From a virus (Duplodnaviria > Caudoviricetes), in the IMG/VR virus record IMGVR_UViG_3300008120_000330, positions 1-37,092 of that record: a stretch of DNA of 37,092 bases; one strand, given 5' to 3'. Both the position numbers and the translations under genes were made by a program. Positions 19,949-28,526 of the stretch are shown here, in pieces. A model generated the notes under the pieces. The model was not told the DNA's origin. It saw only the letters and a list, made by a program, of their open reading frames with translations, and did not search any database. Positions within the stretch are counted from its first letter, which is position 1. Every line of letters begins with the position of its first letter.

Positions 19949-20103
19949 TGCTTTGCCTTCGCCACTTCGACGTGAACTCTACCCACGGTGACAATTGCGT
20001 CTTCAATATTTCGTCGCCATGCTTTGGGCAGTCCGTCGACTTCCATTTGTCGGTGGATTTTCTTGAGCAGTTTTGTAAGTTCCGCATAGTCAGCCTTTGT
20101 CAT
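19945..20103 (-). CDS. Hypothetical protein (MTKADYAEL...)
   Basis: GGAG SD before the ATG at 20103; coupled chain of genes. Confidence 0.6.
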   Translation of the reverse strand: MTKADYAELTKLLKKIHRQMEVDGLPKAWRRNIEDAIVTVGRVHVEVAKAKQ

Positions 20104-20278
20104 CTGTCTGCTCCGCCTCGGCACCGGACATCTCGGCATGAATCTTTGCTGCAGCAGTAGAAATGATTTCCGATGCTTCGCTGTCCTTGCTAATCAAATA
20201 AATCCACGTCGCCAAAGCAAGAGCGGCAATGTGCGTGAGGGTGATGTCGATTACATCAAGCGTGGGTTCTTCATTCAT
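20090..20278 (-). CDS. Hypothetical small membrane protein
   Basis: Hydrophobic ITLTHIAALALATWIYLI; overlaps both neighbours. Confidence 0.55.
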   Translation of the reverse strand: MNEEPTLDVIDITLTHIAALALATWIYLISKDSEASEIISTAAAKIHAEMSGAEAEQTDDKG

Positions 20279-21038
20279 CTTTCAACTCCAGTTCGAAAGT
20301 GTCCATTGCCAGCATCTCCGAGATGACAGCATAACCGACGAGGTCCATCCATGTGTCGAGTAGTGACTCGTTCTGTGGCGTAGCCCCGTTATTCAATAGC
20401 GTATCCAGCCGTGCCAGTTTGTCACACAGACGAATGGCAATGCCAACATGACCGAACTCCATGATGTTCGAGTGTCCATAGTCTCGTTGCTTGCGGACAA
20501 GCAACTCGACCATACCCTCTTTGCTCCACTGCTTGAGTGACTTGAGTTGGCCGATGGCATGGTGCGCGACATCGATAATGTCGAGCCGAGGAATTTCTTT
20601 CTGCTCACGCACCGACTTGGCGATTGTCTTTCGGTATGCGTTGAGGTGTTGGAGGTTGGCGCGTTCCGGTCCGCACAACGAATGCCACTCGTCGACGATT
20701 GCTTCGGCTGCGTCTTCCCAGTAATCAAACATCTTGTACCTCAGATTGATTGAGTGGTCGATTGATAACTTGCGCTGTAGTTCTGCCATGGCCTTGCGAG
20801 CCAATCGCCAGGCGTGTGGCTTGGACACACCGATGCGCTTGCCCAGTGTACTATACGAAATGCCTTCGTAGAACACGGCCTCGACACACATGCGAGAGGT
20901 TTCGTCGAGCGATTCGACCGCCTCCTGTACAGCGAGAATGTGCTGGCGGTTGCCGTCCGTAATGTGGTCGCCCCATTGGAGCAGCCACTCCCCTTCGGTC
21001 TGTGGCTTTGCGGGTACGAGGTCAGGATTCAGCGGCAT
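20271..21038 (-). CDS. Fusion of sigma70 region-4-like HTH and DUF1599 (Nmad1) domain
   Basis: N-half SLDETSRMCVEAVFYEGISYSTLGKRIGVSKPHAWRLARKAMAEL; C-half RKQRDYG...IRLCDKLARL...NESLLDTWMDLVGYA. Confidence 0.75.
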   Translation of the reverse strand: MPLNPDLVPAKPQTEGEWLLQWGDHITDGNRQHILAVQEAVESLDETSRMCVEAVFYEGISYSTLGKRIGVSKPHAWRLARKAMAELQRKLSIDHSINLRYKMFDYWEDAAEAIVDEWHSLCGPERANLQHLNAYRKTIAKSVREQKEIPRLDIIDVAHHAIGQLKSLKQWSKEGMVELLVRKQRDYGHSNIMEFGHVGIAIRLCDKLARLDTLLNNGATPQNESLLDTWMDLVGYAVISEMLAMDTFELELKDE

Positions 21039-21450
21039 CGTCGTAGTCCGGATTGATGAGCAAGTCGGTGACTTGCTCTGGCATCAGAAGATAGCCACGA
21101 GCCACGTTATCACCACGGGAACCGAACACTCGCAGTTCCATGTTGTCGGCGTGGATGGCGATGTATCGCTTGATGCGAGCGACAGACACAACCGTGAACG
21201 CTCCGTCGAGATTGTACTGGTACACCCACCACTTGGCTTCCGTGACCATGACACCCGAGGGTTTCCAGCCACGGCCACGGGGGTTCTGTTCAACTTCGAG
21301 AACCATGCGTCCGTTGCGGTAGCGGTCCGTCTTGACTTCGAGATGACCCGACGAGATGTCGTCGAGGAATCTTTCGACCAGCGCCTCGCCCACCTTGCCA
21401 TACTCAAGGTCTGCCTTCCAGTTCGGTGCGGGAATGTCGTATGCATTCAT
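21022..21450 (-). CDS. Conserved phage protein, restriction-endonuclease-fold-like (EVKTD)
   Basis: DLEYGKVGE...LEVKTD...PSGVMVTEAKWW motif, common in phage replication modules. Confidence 0.65.
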   Translation of the reverse strand: MNAYDIPAPNWKADLEYGKVGEALVERFLDDISSGHLEVKTDRYRNGRMVLEVEQNPRGRGWKPSGVMVTEAKWWVYQYNLDGAFTVVSVARIKRYIAIHADNMELRVFGSRGDNVARGYLLMPEQVTDLLINPDYDDAAES

Positions 21451-21860
21451 GCTTTAATTCCCGTCACCTTGACTACCTGGCTGTCATCTCTCCACGCCAC
21501 GCCGTTGAGCGCATCAAGGATTGTCTTGATGTAGTTGTCGATGTCACCACGCAACTTGCTCTTCGTCTCAAGGTCAACCCTTTCGACGATGACCGCCGTG
21601 CCCTCGGTGTCAACGACAATGTGGACAGCAACTTCTCCTTCAAACATGGGGCCATCCCATGCCTCAGCAATTGCCCGCTCTGCGTTGAGCGTCTCCTTGG
21701 GGGTGTAGGCAATCACTCGACCGCCACGCTGTACGACGCGTGGTCGGTCCTTGGCTTTGGGCTTGCCCTCTATGAAGATTGAATGGGACCGTATGCTCGA
21801 ACCAGCAACTTCTCCAGTTCTTGCACGCCCGACTGCCCTCTTACCAGGTACTTTCCCCAT
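21447..21860 (-). CDS. rusA: RusA-like Holliday junction resolvase
   Basis: PKAKDRPR, DIDNYIKTILDALNG and DDSQV motifs. Start is uncertain (~90 nt overlap with the primase gene). Confidence 0.88.
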   Translation of the reverse strand: MGKVPGKRAVGRARTGEVAGSSIRSHSIFIEGKPKAKDRPRVVQRGGRVIAYTPKETLNAERAIAEAWDGPMFEGEVAVHIVVDTEGTAVIVERVDLETKSKLRGDIDNYIKTILDALNGVAWRDDSQVVKVTGIKA

Positions 21861-22672
21861 CGTAAATCAGCATCCTCCAGTATTCGCAGCGCATCGGCTG
21901 GGTTTAGGTTTGACTTCTTGCATTCGTAAGCAAGGTGTGTGAGAGTGGTTGACCTGTCCCGACCAGCCAGCGGGCCATCACGAAAGATGGCCCGACCAAC
22001 GGTGGTCAGTTGTGAAATACTAGACCACAGGTCGGGGTTGGGTGCACCATATTCAACGACTTGCTGTTTGGGTGGCGTGTACATGTTAGCCACCGCTGTG
22101 ATGATGTCGCTCGGTACACGGCGACTCATGGCGTTGTAGAGGAATGAATCCAGGGGGATTGGGTTCCCCTCTTTGTCGACCATGACTCGCTGGCCCGAGC
22201 CAACCTTGGGGTACGGGAGACGGACATAGTTGCCGACCTGGCCGATGGCCAGTGTCTCCTGCTTGGGGTTGACTTCCTTCGGGTTGAGTTCAGTCACGAC
22301 ATGTGCGGCGAGGAACATGCGCCGCATGGTTCGAGCATCGATGAGTTCATCGGTGAACACCCAGACATGATAACCGCGCCGCGTCTGTTCGACCCACGAC
22401 ACGATGCCCACTTCGTTGAACGCATCATGAAGTAGCCATGCGTCCTGTGGCCCATCGTAGTCAATGTCGGTACAGCCCCAGACGCACATGGTCTTGCCAT
22501 CTTTGGTGACGCACGGGTACACGCCGATGTGCGGACCATCGTTCAGGTGCTCACGGAAGTGCTGGCGCGTGAGTGGCTCACGAACACAGCCGCCTTCCCA
22601 CGACCCGTAGCAGTCACCTCGACCCCTGAACAGGGTGACGAAGTCGTCTACGAGTTGCTCAGAAATCACCAC
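21770..22672 (-). CDS. Archaeo-eukaryotic primase (prim-pol) domain protein
   Basis: LFRGR, HIGVYP, TDID (DxD), RGYHVW, EVNPKQ and GNYVRLPY AEP motifs. Confidence 0.85.
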   Translation of the reverse strand: MVISEQLVDDFVTLFRGRGDCYGSWEGGCVREPLTRQHFREHLNDGPHIGVYPCVTKDGKTMCVWGCTDIDYDGPQDAWLLHDAFNEVGIVSWVEQTRRGYHVWVFTDELIDARTMRRMFLAAHVVTELNPKEVNPKQETLAIGQVGNYVRLPYPKVGSGQRVMVDKEGNPIPLDSFLYNAMSRRVPSDIITAVANMYTPPKQQVVEYGAPNPDLWSSISQLTTVGRAIFRDGPLAGRDRSTTLTHLAYECKKSNLNPADALRILEDADLRWGKYLVRGQSGVQELEKLLVRAYGPIQSS

Positions 22673-23708
22673 GCACCTCTCTCAGAAACTGCGAGGGCAG
22701 TTCGCCATCACGCAGTGGAGTCAGCCTACCAGTTCCCTGTTCAATCTCGAAGTCGATGTCATCGAGCAGGGTGCCAGCGGGTCGCTTGTTCTTCACGAGG
22801 TTGAGCGTGAGCGTGTGGGCATGGATGCGCGCGTCATAGCGGAGGGCATCGAGTTGTTCCATCATGCGCTCGGAGACACTGGACTTATCCAACTTGGCTT
22901 CGAGTTCACGAATCTGGGATTCGATTTCGAATCGCTTGCGACGGACACCGATGATGTGTGTGGCCTGTTGCTCGCCACCGAACGAACCAGATGAGATGGT
23001 CATGCGTCGACCATCGGCTCCGGACGAACGAGATGTCTGATGGAGAACAAGCAAGGGGACATCGTGTCGTCGGCCCCACGCCTTCAGCGTGTTGGCCTTG
23101 GACGGGACATCTTCGCCTCCCCCTTGGAGCAGTTCGAGGTAGTCGAACACAACGAGGTCGGGCTTGTTCCCCCACACATCGCACACCTCGCCCATTGCCT
23201 TTTCCATGTCCGACAGCGACATCGGTTGGTCAAAGACAGCGAGGTTGGGGAAGTAGTCGGTTGCGGTCTGGCGCAACAGGTCGATGGCGTTGTTGTCGTC
23301 CTGTGCCACAGCACGCTCAAGGTCGTAGGCATTCACGCCGTGGACAACGCAGGCCAACTTGATGAGAACAAGAGTGCGTGGTTCGTCTGGGACGAAGTAC
23401 ACAATGTTCTTTGTCTTGTTGGCACGAAGCATCTCCAACAGGGTGAGCGTCTTGCCCGAGTGTGAGTAGCCAATGAGCAGTGTCATCTCGCCGGGGGCGA
23501 TGCCTCGCATCTGATTGTCGAGTGCGCCAAAGCCGGTGTAGATGCGCTCATGCGGTGACTGCGCCCAGCGCACAAACTCGTGCGCCGCTTCGTCCAGTGG
23601 ACGGTAGTAGTGGTGATGCTTCTGTTCCAAAGGAGCAGAGGGGAGAGGCTCTTCGCCCCTCCCCAACGCAGCCCACCGAGACGCTAGGTCTTCGGCTTGA
23701 ACAGTCAT
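22659..23708 (-). CDS. DnaB-like (SF4) replicative helicase
   Basis: TGFGALD, Walker A GYSHSGKT, VVFDYL, LVLHQ and KNKR motifs. Confidence 0.9.
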   Translation of the reverse strand: MTVQAEDLASRWAALGRGEEPLPSAPLEQKHHHYYRPLDEAAHEFVRWAQSPHERIYTGFGALDNQMRGIAPGEMTLLIGYSHSGKTLTLLEMLRANKTKNIVYFVPDEPRTLVLIKLACVVHGVNAYDLERAVAQDDNNAIDLLRQTATDYFPNLAVFDQPMSLSDMEKAMGEVCDVWGNKPDLVVFDYLELLQGGGEDVPSKANTLKAWGRRHDVPLLVLHQTSRSSGADGRRMTISSGSFGGEQQATHIIGVRRKRFEIESQIRELEAKLDKSSVSERMMEQLDALRYDARIHAHTLTLNLVKNKRPAGTLLDDIDFEIEQGTGRLTPLRDGELPSQFLREVRGDF

Positions 23709-24145
23709 CAGGCTCCCTTGGGAGGCCAGAAGGCAGCAGGTTCAGCACCCTCGGGGGCATCGGCCTGCTTGAACCACGGACGCTTGGTTCCAATGGCGGT
23801 GTCACGGTTGTCCCACACTCGGGACACGCCAGCCTTGGCGCACGCCGACAGCAACCACTTCGGCAGGTCGCCGTGTTGCTTGCCGGCAACGGTGAGGTCG
23901 CCCCCACTCGTCGAGGTGGTAGTCACCGTGAACTGCGGGCGGGGAGCGGAGGTCACCTCTGTCGTTCCGGGGAACGCAGACTTGACCATCTCGACGCCGT
24001 TAGCCGTCTGGAGTTTGTCGTTCACAAAGTTGAACGCCACTTCCCAGTCGGCAAGCGTTGCTTCCATATTATCTGACTTGACACACAGTTGAGCCGCAAC
24101 CTTCGCGGCTACCTGCATGACGATTGACTGGTCCTTGCTAATCAT
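23708..24145 (-). CDS. Hypothetical replication-module protein
   Basis: Coupled between the nuclease and helicase genes; VWDNR...RPWFK...FWPP aromatic C-terminal motif. Confidence 0.7.
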   Translation of the reverse strand: MISKDQSIVMQVAAKVAAQLCVKSDNMEATLADWEVAFNFVNDKLQTANGVEMVKSAFPGTTEVTSAPRPQFTVTTTSTSGGDLTVAGKQHGDLPKWLLSACAKAGVSRVWDNRDTAIGTKRPWFKQADAPEGAEPAAFWPPKGA

Positions 24146-24966
24146 GATTCGCCTCCTGGCGTGATGTCATTGGGTGACAGTTTACTACCCTTGCAGATTG
24201 ACCACCACGGGCACCAAGTATCGGAGCACAGATAGTGCGTGTCGTTCTTGGCCCATGATGTGTCAGTACCGACCAAGAGTGATGTCCGCACAAGCGGACG
24301 AACAATCTCTCGTAGCCAGTCGGTGTGGCTTTCGTTGCGGTGGACGGGCAACACTTGCGCCCGACCGCTACGAACCAATACGCCATAGTTGAACTGGACT
24401 GGGTACTCCAGCCAGCCCAAAGCGACAGCGGCTGATGCGTACATCGTGGGCTGAATCGCTTGTGACTGCTTCTCTTTGGCGCTGTACTTGCGGCCTGCTG
24501 TCTTCCAATCCCACAGGCCAGTAGTTGTGACGAGGTCGATGGTGCCAGCACCAACGACAGTGATGCGACCGAGGCGTTCGTCCATGAACTCATCGAGCAC
24601 GAACTCGAACTCCTTCTCAACGGCCACCACATCACCCGTCAGTGGTTCGATGGCTCGTTGCCACTCGGCCATCAGTTCGATGATGTGGTCATGGAGTTGC
24701 TCGTCGCTGTACTTGGTGCGCATGAATGGTTCGGCCAACAATTCGTTGAGCGTATTGTGCGCAACCTTCACGCCATCGGGCGAGCCGAGTAGATGTGCGG
24801 CGATGCCAGCATGGACGGCGGTACCGAGAATGGTTGCGTCGTTGGGCTTCGACCACTCGGGTCGAACGATTGCTTGACGACCACGCTCGTTACACATCAT
24901 GGCATCATTTATCCATGACTGACGCACTCGCACGGAGTAACCGTCATCGGTCTGTTGAATTTTCAT
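24142..24966 (-). CDS. PD-(D/E)XK exonuclease (RecB/Cas4-like)
   Basis: GTAVH, GTIDL, DWKT, QPTMY and a C-terminal Cys cluster CSDTWCPWWSIC. Confidence 0.88.
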   Translation of the reverse strand: MKIQQTDDGYSVRVRQSWINDAMMCNERGRQAIVRPEWSKPNDATILGTAVHAGIAAHLLGSPDGVKVAHNTLNELLAEPFMRTKYSDEQLHDHIIELMAEWQRAIEPLTGDVVAVEKEFEFVLDEFMDERLGRITVVGAGTIDLVTTTGLWDWKTAGRKYSAKEKQSQAIQPTMYASAAVALGWLEYPVQFNYGVLVRSGRAQVLPVHRNESHTDWLREIVRPLVRTSLLVGTDTSWAKNDTHYLCSDTWCPWWSICKGSKLSPNDITPGGES

Positions 24967-25411
24967 TCCTGGCCTTTCGTCTCTCTGCCCTCAAGATGAT
25001 ATGACTGACATGGCCACGAGACAACGCCAGGTTCCACATATCCATAGCATAAGTGCGTATTTGTCTACCGTCCCAGCCATCTTCGTGCATCTGCTCGACG
25101 TGCCGCATCCTGCCAGTCGATAGTTTGCGGGCTTCCTCATTCATGTTGGGTGAGGAACCCTCGGCAACTCGCTCGTTGTAGGCGACGACATCGTCGTGAA
25201 GCATGGTCTGTAACTCTAACAGCCTCAACAAATCACCGGGCTTCAGTCCTTGGCTGAGGCCCATTTCCTCAATGAGGCGTTGGACCATGAATGAATCACG
25301 GCCCCAGTTTCTCATGACCTCGACAGGTTTGTCGACGATTACATCACAAAGACATTCGGGGTCATGGTCGTCGACACCGCAGGTCGACGAGGGGTATTGT
25401 TTCCTGTACAT
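24944..25411 (-). CDS. Hypothetical protein with N-terminal Cys/His cluster and possible C-terminal HTH
   Basis: AAGGAG SD; CGVDDHDPECLC; LSRGHVSHII. Confidence 0.65.
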   Translation of the reverse strand: MYRKQYPSSTCGVDDHDPECLCDVIVDKPVEVMRNWGRDSFMVQRLIEEMGLSQGLKPGDLLRLLELQTMLHDDVVAYNERVAEGSSPNMNEEARKLSTGRMRHVEQMHEDGWDGRQIRTYAMDMWNLALSRGHVSHIILRAERRKARNENSTDR

Positions 25412-25435
25412 GGTTTCTCCTTGTACTAATACAAG

Positions 25436-25462
25436 AACCCCGGCCCCTGTTGGGCCGGGGTT
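25436..25462. terminator. Perfect 11-bp GC-rich hairpin (terminator/attenuator candidate)
   Basis: AACCCCGGCCC-ctgtt-GGGCCGGGGTT; followed by CTTGT on the - strand. Confidence 0.55.
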
Positions 25463-25489
25463 ACTAGTGGGGTGGCTCGCTCCGCTCGC

Positions 25490-25518
25490 AGTTTACACCT
25501 GCTGTCGGAGTATGTCTA
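25490..25518 (-). promoter_or_regulatory. Putative housekeeping-sigma promoter for the replication genes
   Basis: - strand TAGACA (25518-25513)-N17-TAAACT (25495-25490). Confidence 0.5.
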
Positions 25519-26070
25519 CGTTCTCCACGGGTGCCAGCCATTCCCATTCTTTACTGTCGAATAGGTGAAGATGACGATACCTGCGTGTAGATTGGTGGCA
25601 GGGTCGAACAGTTCCTCGCATGTCGTGAGAACACCGTACGATTGGAGATACCCGATGTCGTCGGGGAATCGTGGCTCGCACCAGAACCCGTTGATTTGTA
25701 GGAGTCCCCGGCTACCCCCGTTGGGGTCTGTCGGGTTGTACGAATCGAAGTTACAGCGCGACTCACGGTAGATGATGGACACCAGGGTCTCGATGATTTC
25801 CCTGTCGGCGGGCCAGCCCTGCTGTACCGCTAGTGGCACCCACTCCTGGCATGGTGTGTCTGGCCCGACCAGGGCCGGCAAACTAGCCGAGGGGATACTC
25901 TCCACATCTGCCCTGATTGCCCTCTGTAAGGGCGCCAGAGCCACGCTAGGGTGGGGTGCGGTATCAGGGACAGGGGTGACCCAGGTTGTGGCGGGCGGGC
26001 CATCGCAACTGATGCCAGCCGTAACGAACAAGGCAACGACAGCGAGGTGACCGAACAGTAATCGTTTCAT
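25516..26070 (-). CDS. Secreted/membrane-anchored lytic transglycosylase (SLT-like)
   Basis: N-terminal signal/lipoprotein-like segment; RES catalytic motif, GLLQIN, LFDPATNL and GWHPW. Confidence 0.85.
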   Translation of the reverse strand: MKRLLFGHLAVVALFVTAGISCDGPPATTWVTPVPDTAPHPSVALAPLQRAIRADVESIPSASLPALVGPDTPCQEWVPLAVQQGWPADREIIETLVSIIYRESRCNFDSYNPTDPNGGSRGLLQINGFWCEPRFPDDIGYLQSYGVLTTCEELFDPATNLHAGIVIFTYSTVKNGNGWHPWRT

Positions 26071-26231
26071 GATTTATCCTTCCAACGATGGTCGACTTCT
26101 TTCATCTTCTGATGACCGCCATTGTGGCGGTTACAGAATGGTGTTTCGAGTAGCGGTACATGGGTGGTGACCCTGCCCCCGCATTGAGGGCAGAGCCACC
26201 GGCGCACATGCTGTCCGTCAGAACGGCTCAT
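26067..26231 (-). CDS. Small Zn-finger protein
   Basis: WLCPQCG...FCNRH; coupled to both neighbours; start uncertain. Confidence 0.6.
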   Translation of the reverse strand: MSRSDGQHVRRWLCPQCGGRVTTHVPLLETPFCNRHNGGHQKMKEVDHRWKDKS

Positions 26232-26478
26232 CGGGTGAGTCCGGTGCGTGAAAGAACCGAACGAGGTCAAGCGACTCGATGTACTCAGTCAGCGAGTCGG
26301 TGATGAAGTCGGGCAGTTCTGATGTGCCGAACGGCTTGCCCTCCTCATTGTCATACACATACTCGGGTCGCACATCAAACTGAATGCTGTGCTCACGACA
26401 GTTGCCATGCTCATCGAACTCGATGTTGACAACTGGTCGCATGACCAGTGTGTATCTGTATGTGATGGTGGTGCTCAT
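26218..26478 (-). CDS. Hypothetical protein
   Basis: GAGGAA SD; ATGA coupling. Confidence 0.65.
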   Translation of the reverse strand: MSTTITYRYTLVMRPVVNIEFDEHGNCREHSIQFDVRPEYVYDNEEGKPFGTSELPDFITDSLTEYIESLDLVRFFHAPDSPDEPF

Positions 26479-26981
26479 GATTCCTCCTCTTCGTTGAACA
26501 TTGCTTGAAGCAGATTCACGACCATGCCCTCGCTGAGAGCAGCCGCATCAGTCTGCTTCCCAATTGGTAGAGCGCTCTGCGCTAGGCGCAGTGCGTTCAC
26601 ATGCTCGACGAACATGCCTGCCCCCATGTCGGGGAACTCTTCGACAGTCTGGCCACGGAACTGAATGGCTACATGCTCGATGCCCTTGTTCATGTGGAGC
26701 ATGATACGAATGCGCTTGCGTTCTCCCTCAAGCGTTTCGTCTGACTTGTCAACAGGTGAAGCCCAGCCATACATGAGAATCATGGCCTCGTTCTCGAGCC
26801 AACTGGGTGTCATACACACGGCAAGAGGGAGCAGGTCATACGGGTCACCTTGCTTGCCGAGGGCATGCCACCGTGAATCCATCGGGCCACGCAACCAAAG
26901 CGTGGCGCCGGCGTTATCGGAGTCCCACTGCTGGTCATCGTGGGCCTGGACGAGGAATGAGTTGAACATTTCGGTATTCAT
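26475..26981 (-). CDS. Hypothetical protein (MNTEMFNS...)
   Basis: GAAAGGA SD before the ATG at 26981. Confidence 0.7.
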   Translation of the reverse strand: MNTEMFNSFLVQAHDDQQWDSDNAGATLWLRGPMDSRWHALGKQGDPYDLLPLAVCMTPSWLENEAMILMYGWASPVDKSDETLEGERKRIRIMLHMNKGIEHVAIQFRGQTVEEFPDMGAGMFVEHVNALRLAQSALPIGKQTDAAALSEGMVVNLLQAMFNEEEES

Positions 26982-26991
26982 GTTTGTCCTT

Positions 26992-27189
26992 TCAGTTAGT
27001 GATGATGTCGAGAATCTGGCGCTGAATGTTGGCGAGCAAAGCAAGTTCTCCGAGAGCCTGCCTGCCCAGTGAACTATTGGGTCCACGACTACTGGCCTTG
27101 CCGTTGAGGTTATCAATGGCGATGCCGATGGTCTTGTGTAGTGCGCTCACTTCGTCAAAGGTGAGTTCGAGGTTGAGTGTAGGTTCCAT
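26992..27189 (-). CDS. Hypothetical protein
   Basis: AAGGAG SD; fills the gap in the operon. Confidence 0.7.
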   Translation of the reverse strand: MEPTLNLELTFDEVSALHKTIGIAIDNLNGKASSRGPNSSLGRQALGELALLANIQRQILDIITN

Positions 27190-27198
27190 TGTTTCTCC

Positions 27199-27579
27199 TT
27201 AGAGTTGCCGTTCGATTGCTTCTGCCAGTTCAAAGAACGGCTTGCTCTGCTCGTCGTTCCATGCGCTGATGGTCATGTATTCTTCGTGCCACTCTTGGGT
27301 GCCGTCCCATTCTTCCCAACGGTATTCCATCGTGAGATACGGGTCTGCCGATGGCAGGTCAGCCCACTCTACCACGGCATCGGGCAGAATCCCGCTGGCC
27401 CAGTTGTTCTCACCGAGTTGGTCGTTGGTCTGCTTCTCGTAGAGGGAACACAGAACACCGAGGGCGCAGTACCCACCGATGTTGCCCTCCATTGTCCTGT
27501 GTCTGAGCCTATCGTAACTCTGCTGGTAGTTGTCGCTACGCAACGCCTCGACCCACAGTTGCTTGATGTCTTTCTTCAT
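27199..27579 (-). CDS. Conserved phage hypothetical protein
   Basis: WVEALRS..Y.Q....L...YCALGVLC...ND....F.ELA..IE motif, widespread in phages; AAGGAG SD. Confidence 0.75.
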   Translation of the reverse strand: MKKDIKQLWVEALRSDNYQQSYDRLRHRTMEGNIGGYCALGVLCSLYEKQTNDQLGENNWASGILPDAVVEWADLPSADPYLTMEYRWEEWDGTQEWHEEYMTISAWNDEQSKPFFELAEAIERQL

Positions 27580-27587
27580 GTCTCTCC

Positions 27588-28481
27588 TTACTTGGTGCTG
27601 ATGAACTTGCTGTACTTACTACCCGAGCAGAAACAGTTGCCGACCTGCTTCTCGCAGAACAAGCAATAGCCACACTCGTAGCAGAACTCCTGCTCCCTGA
27701 TGCGGTTGACATCTGAACCGAGGTTCACATCGCAGGTGGGGCAGTAGAAGTAGCGGTCGAGGTCGTCGTGCTCGTTACCTGTCTCAATCCAACCACGGAA
27801 CTCGTCCCACTCGAACACGGTGCCATCTTCTTCGTCGACCCACACATCGGGGTTGTAGTCGAAGTCGTCGGCAGGCGTAACGCCGGTGGTGTTGGTGACA
27901 TGCGAGGTGTACTTGTACGACTGGGCGTACCACTGGTACTTGTACGAGTTGTTGCTGTACCACACGCCGTGGTCCCAATGACCGTCGCCCTCGTTGACGA
28001 GATAGACAGGCTTGGCCAACTGCTTACTCACAGAGATGATGGCCAACTTGCTACCGGCCGCGAACTTCTCCAACTCTGCGAAGTTCTCGGGGTCGTCGAG
28101 CACATTGGCAACACCGAGTTCGGGCAACCATTCCTCTGCGAACTGGCGAGTGTCTGACTTGCCATTCTCTTCCTTGATGGGAAGCATGCCGTTGTGTGCG
28201 AGGACGATGCCCTCGTCGACGACAAAGGGGTGGCAGTTGTCGATACTCGTAGCACCGTGAGTGGTGATACGCAGATGGAAGATGGCGTGCGCCTTGGGGT
28301 ACTCGGCTCGCATCTCGTGGAACAGGTCGATGGTACTGTCGAGGTCCATCGAACGGTGGTGGAACAGTTGGTCCTTGATGGCGAGGGCAAAGCCGAAGCC
28401 ATCAGGATTGTTGGCACCAGCGGTACGCAGATTCTTCTTGCTCGGCGTAGCACCAGGCTTGGCATAGATGAGTAGACACAT
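27588..28481 (-). CDS. Class II (Ntn) glutamine amidotransferase with C-terminal Cys-rich domain
   Basis: Cys at position 2; NPDGFG, HLRITTHG, NCHPF, AHNG and SDT motifs. Confidence 0.9.
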   Translation of the reverse strand: MCLLIYAKPGATPSKKNLRTAGANNPDGFGFALAIKDQLFHHRSMDLDSTIDLFHEMRAEYPKAHAIFHLRITTHGATSIDNCHPFVVDEGIVLAHNGMLPIKEENGKSDTRQFAEEWLPELGVANVLDDPENFAELEKFAAGSKLAIISVSKQLAKPVYLVNEGDGHWDHGVWYSNNSYKYQWYAQSYKYTSHVTNTTGVTPADDFDYNPDVWVDEEDGTVFEWDEFRGWIETGNEHDDLDRYFYCPTCDVNLGSDVNRIREQEFCYECGYCLFCEKQVGNCFCSGSKYSKFISTK

Positions 28482-28510
28482 GTGTAGTTCTCCTTTGTGA
28501 TGTGATGAAG

Positions 28511-28526
28511 TGATAGGAACCTATCA
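28511..28526. repeat. 16-bp palindrome TGATAGGAACCTATCA (copy 1 of 4)
   Basis: Overlaps the amidoligase stop codon; upstream of the GATase SD. Confidence 0.9.

Noticed and set aside
23700-23720. Other CTGATGA matches (e.g. - strand at ~23705; + strand at ~10169, ~26110, ~34985)
   Set aside because: No accompanying GAAA/stem architecture; they lie in coding sequence or at a stop/start junction.
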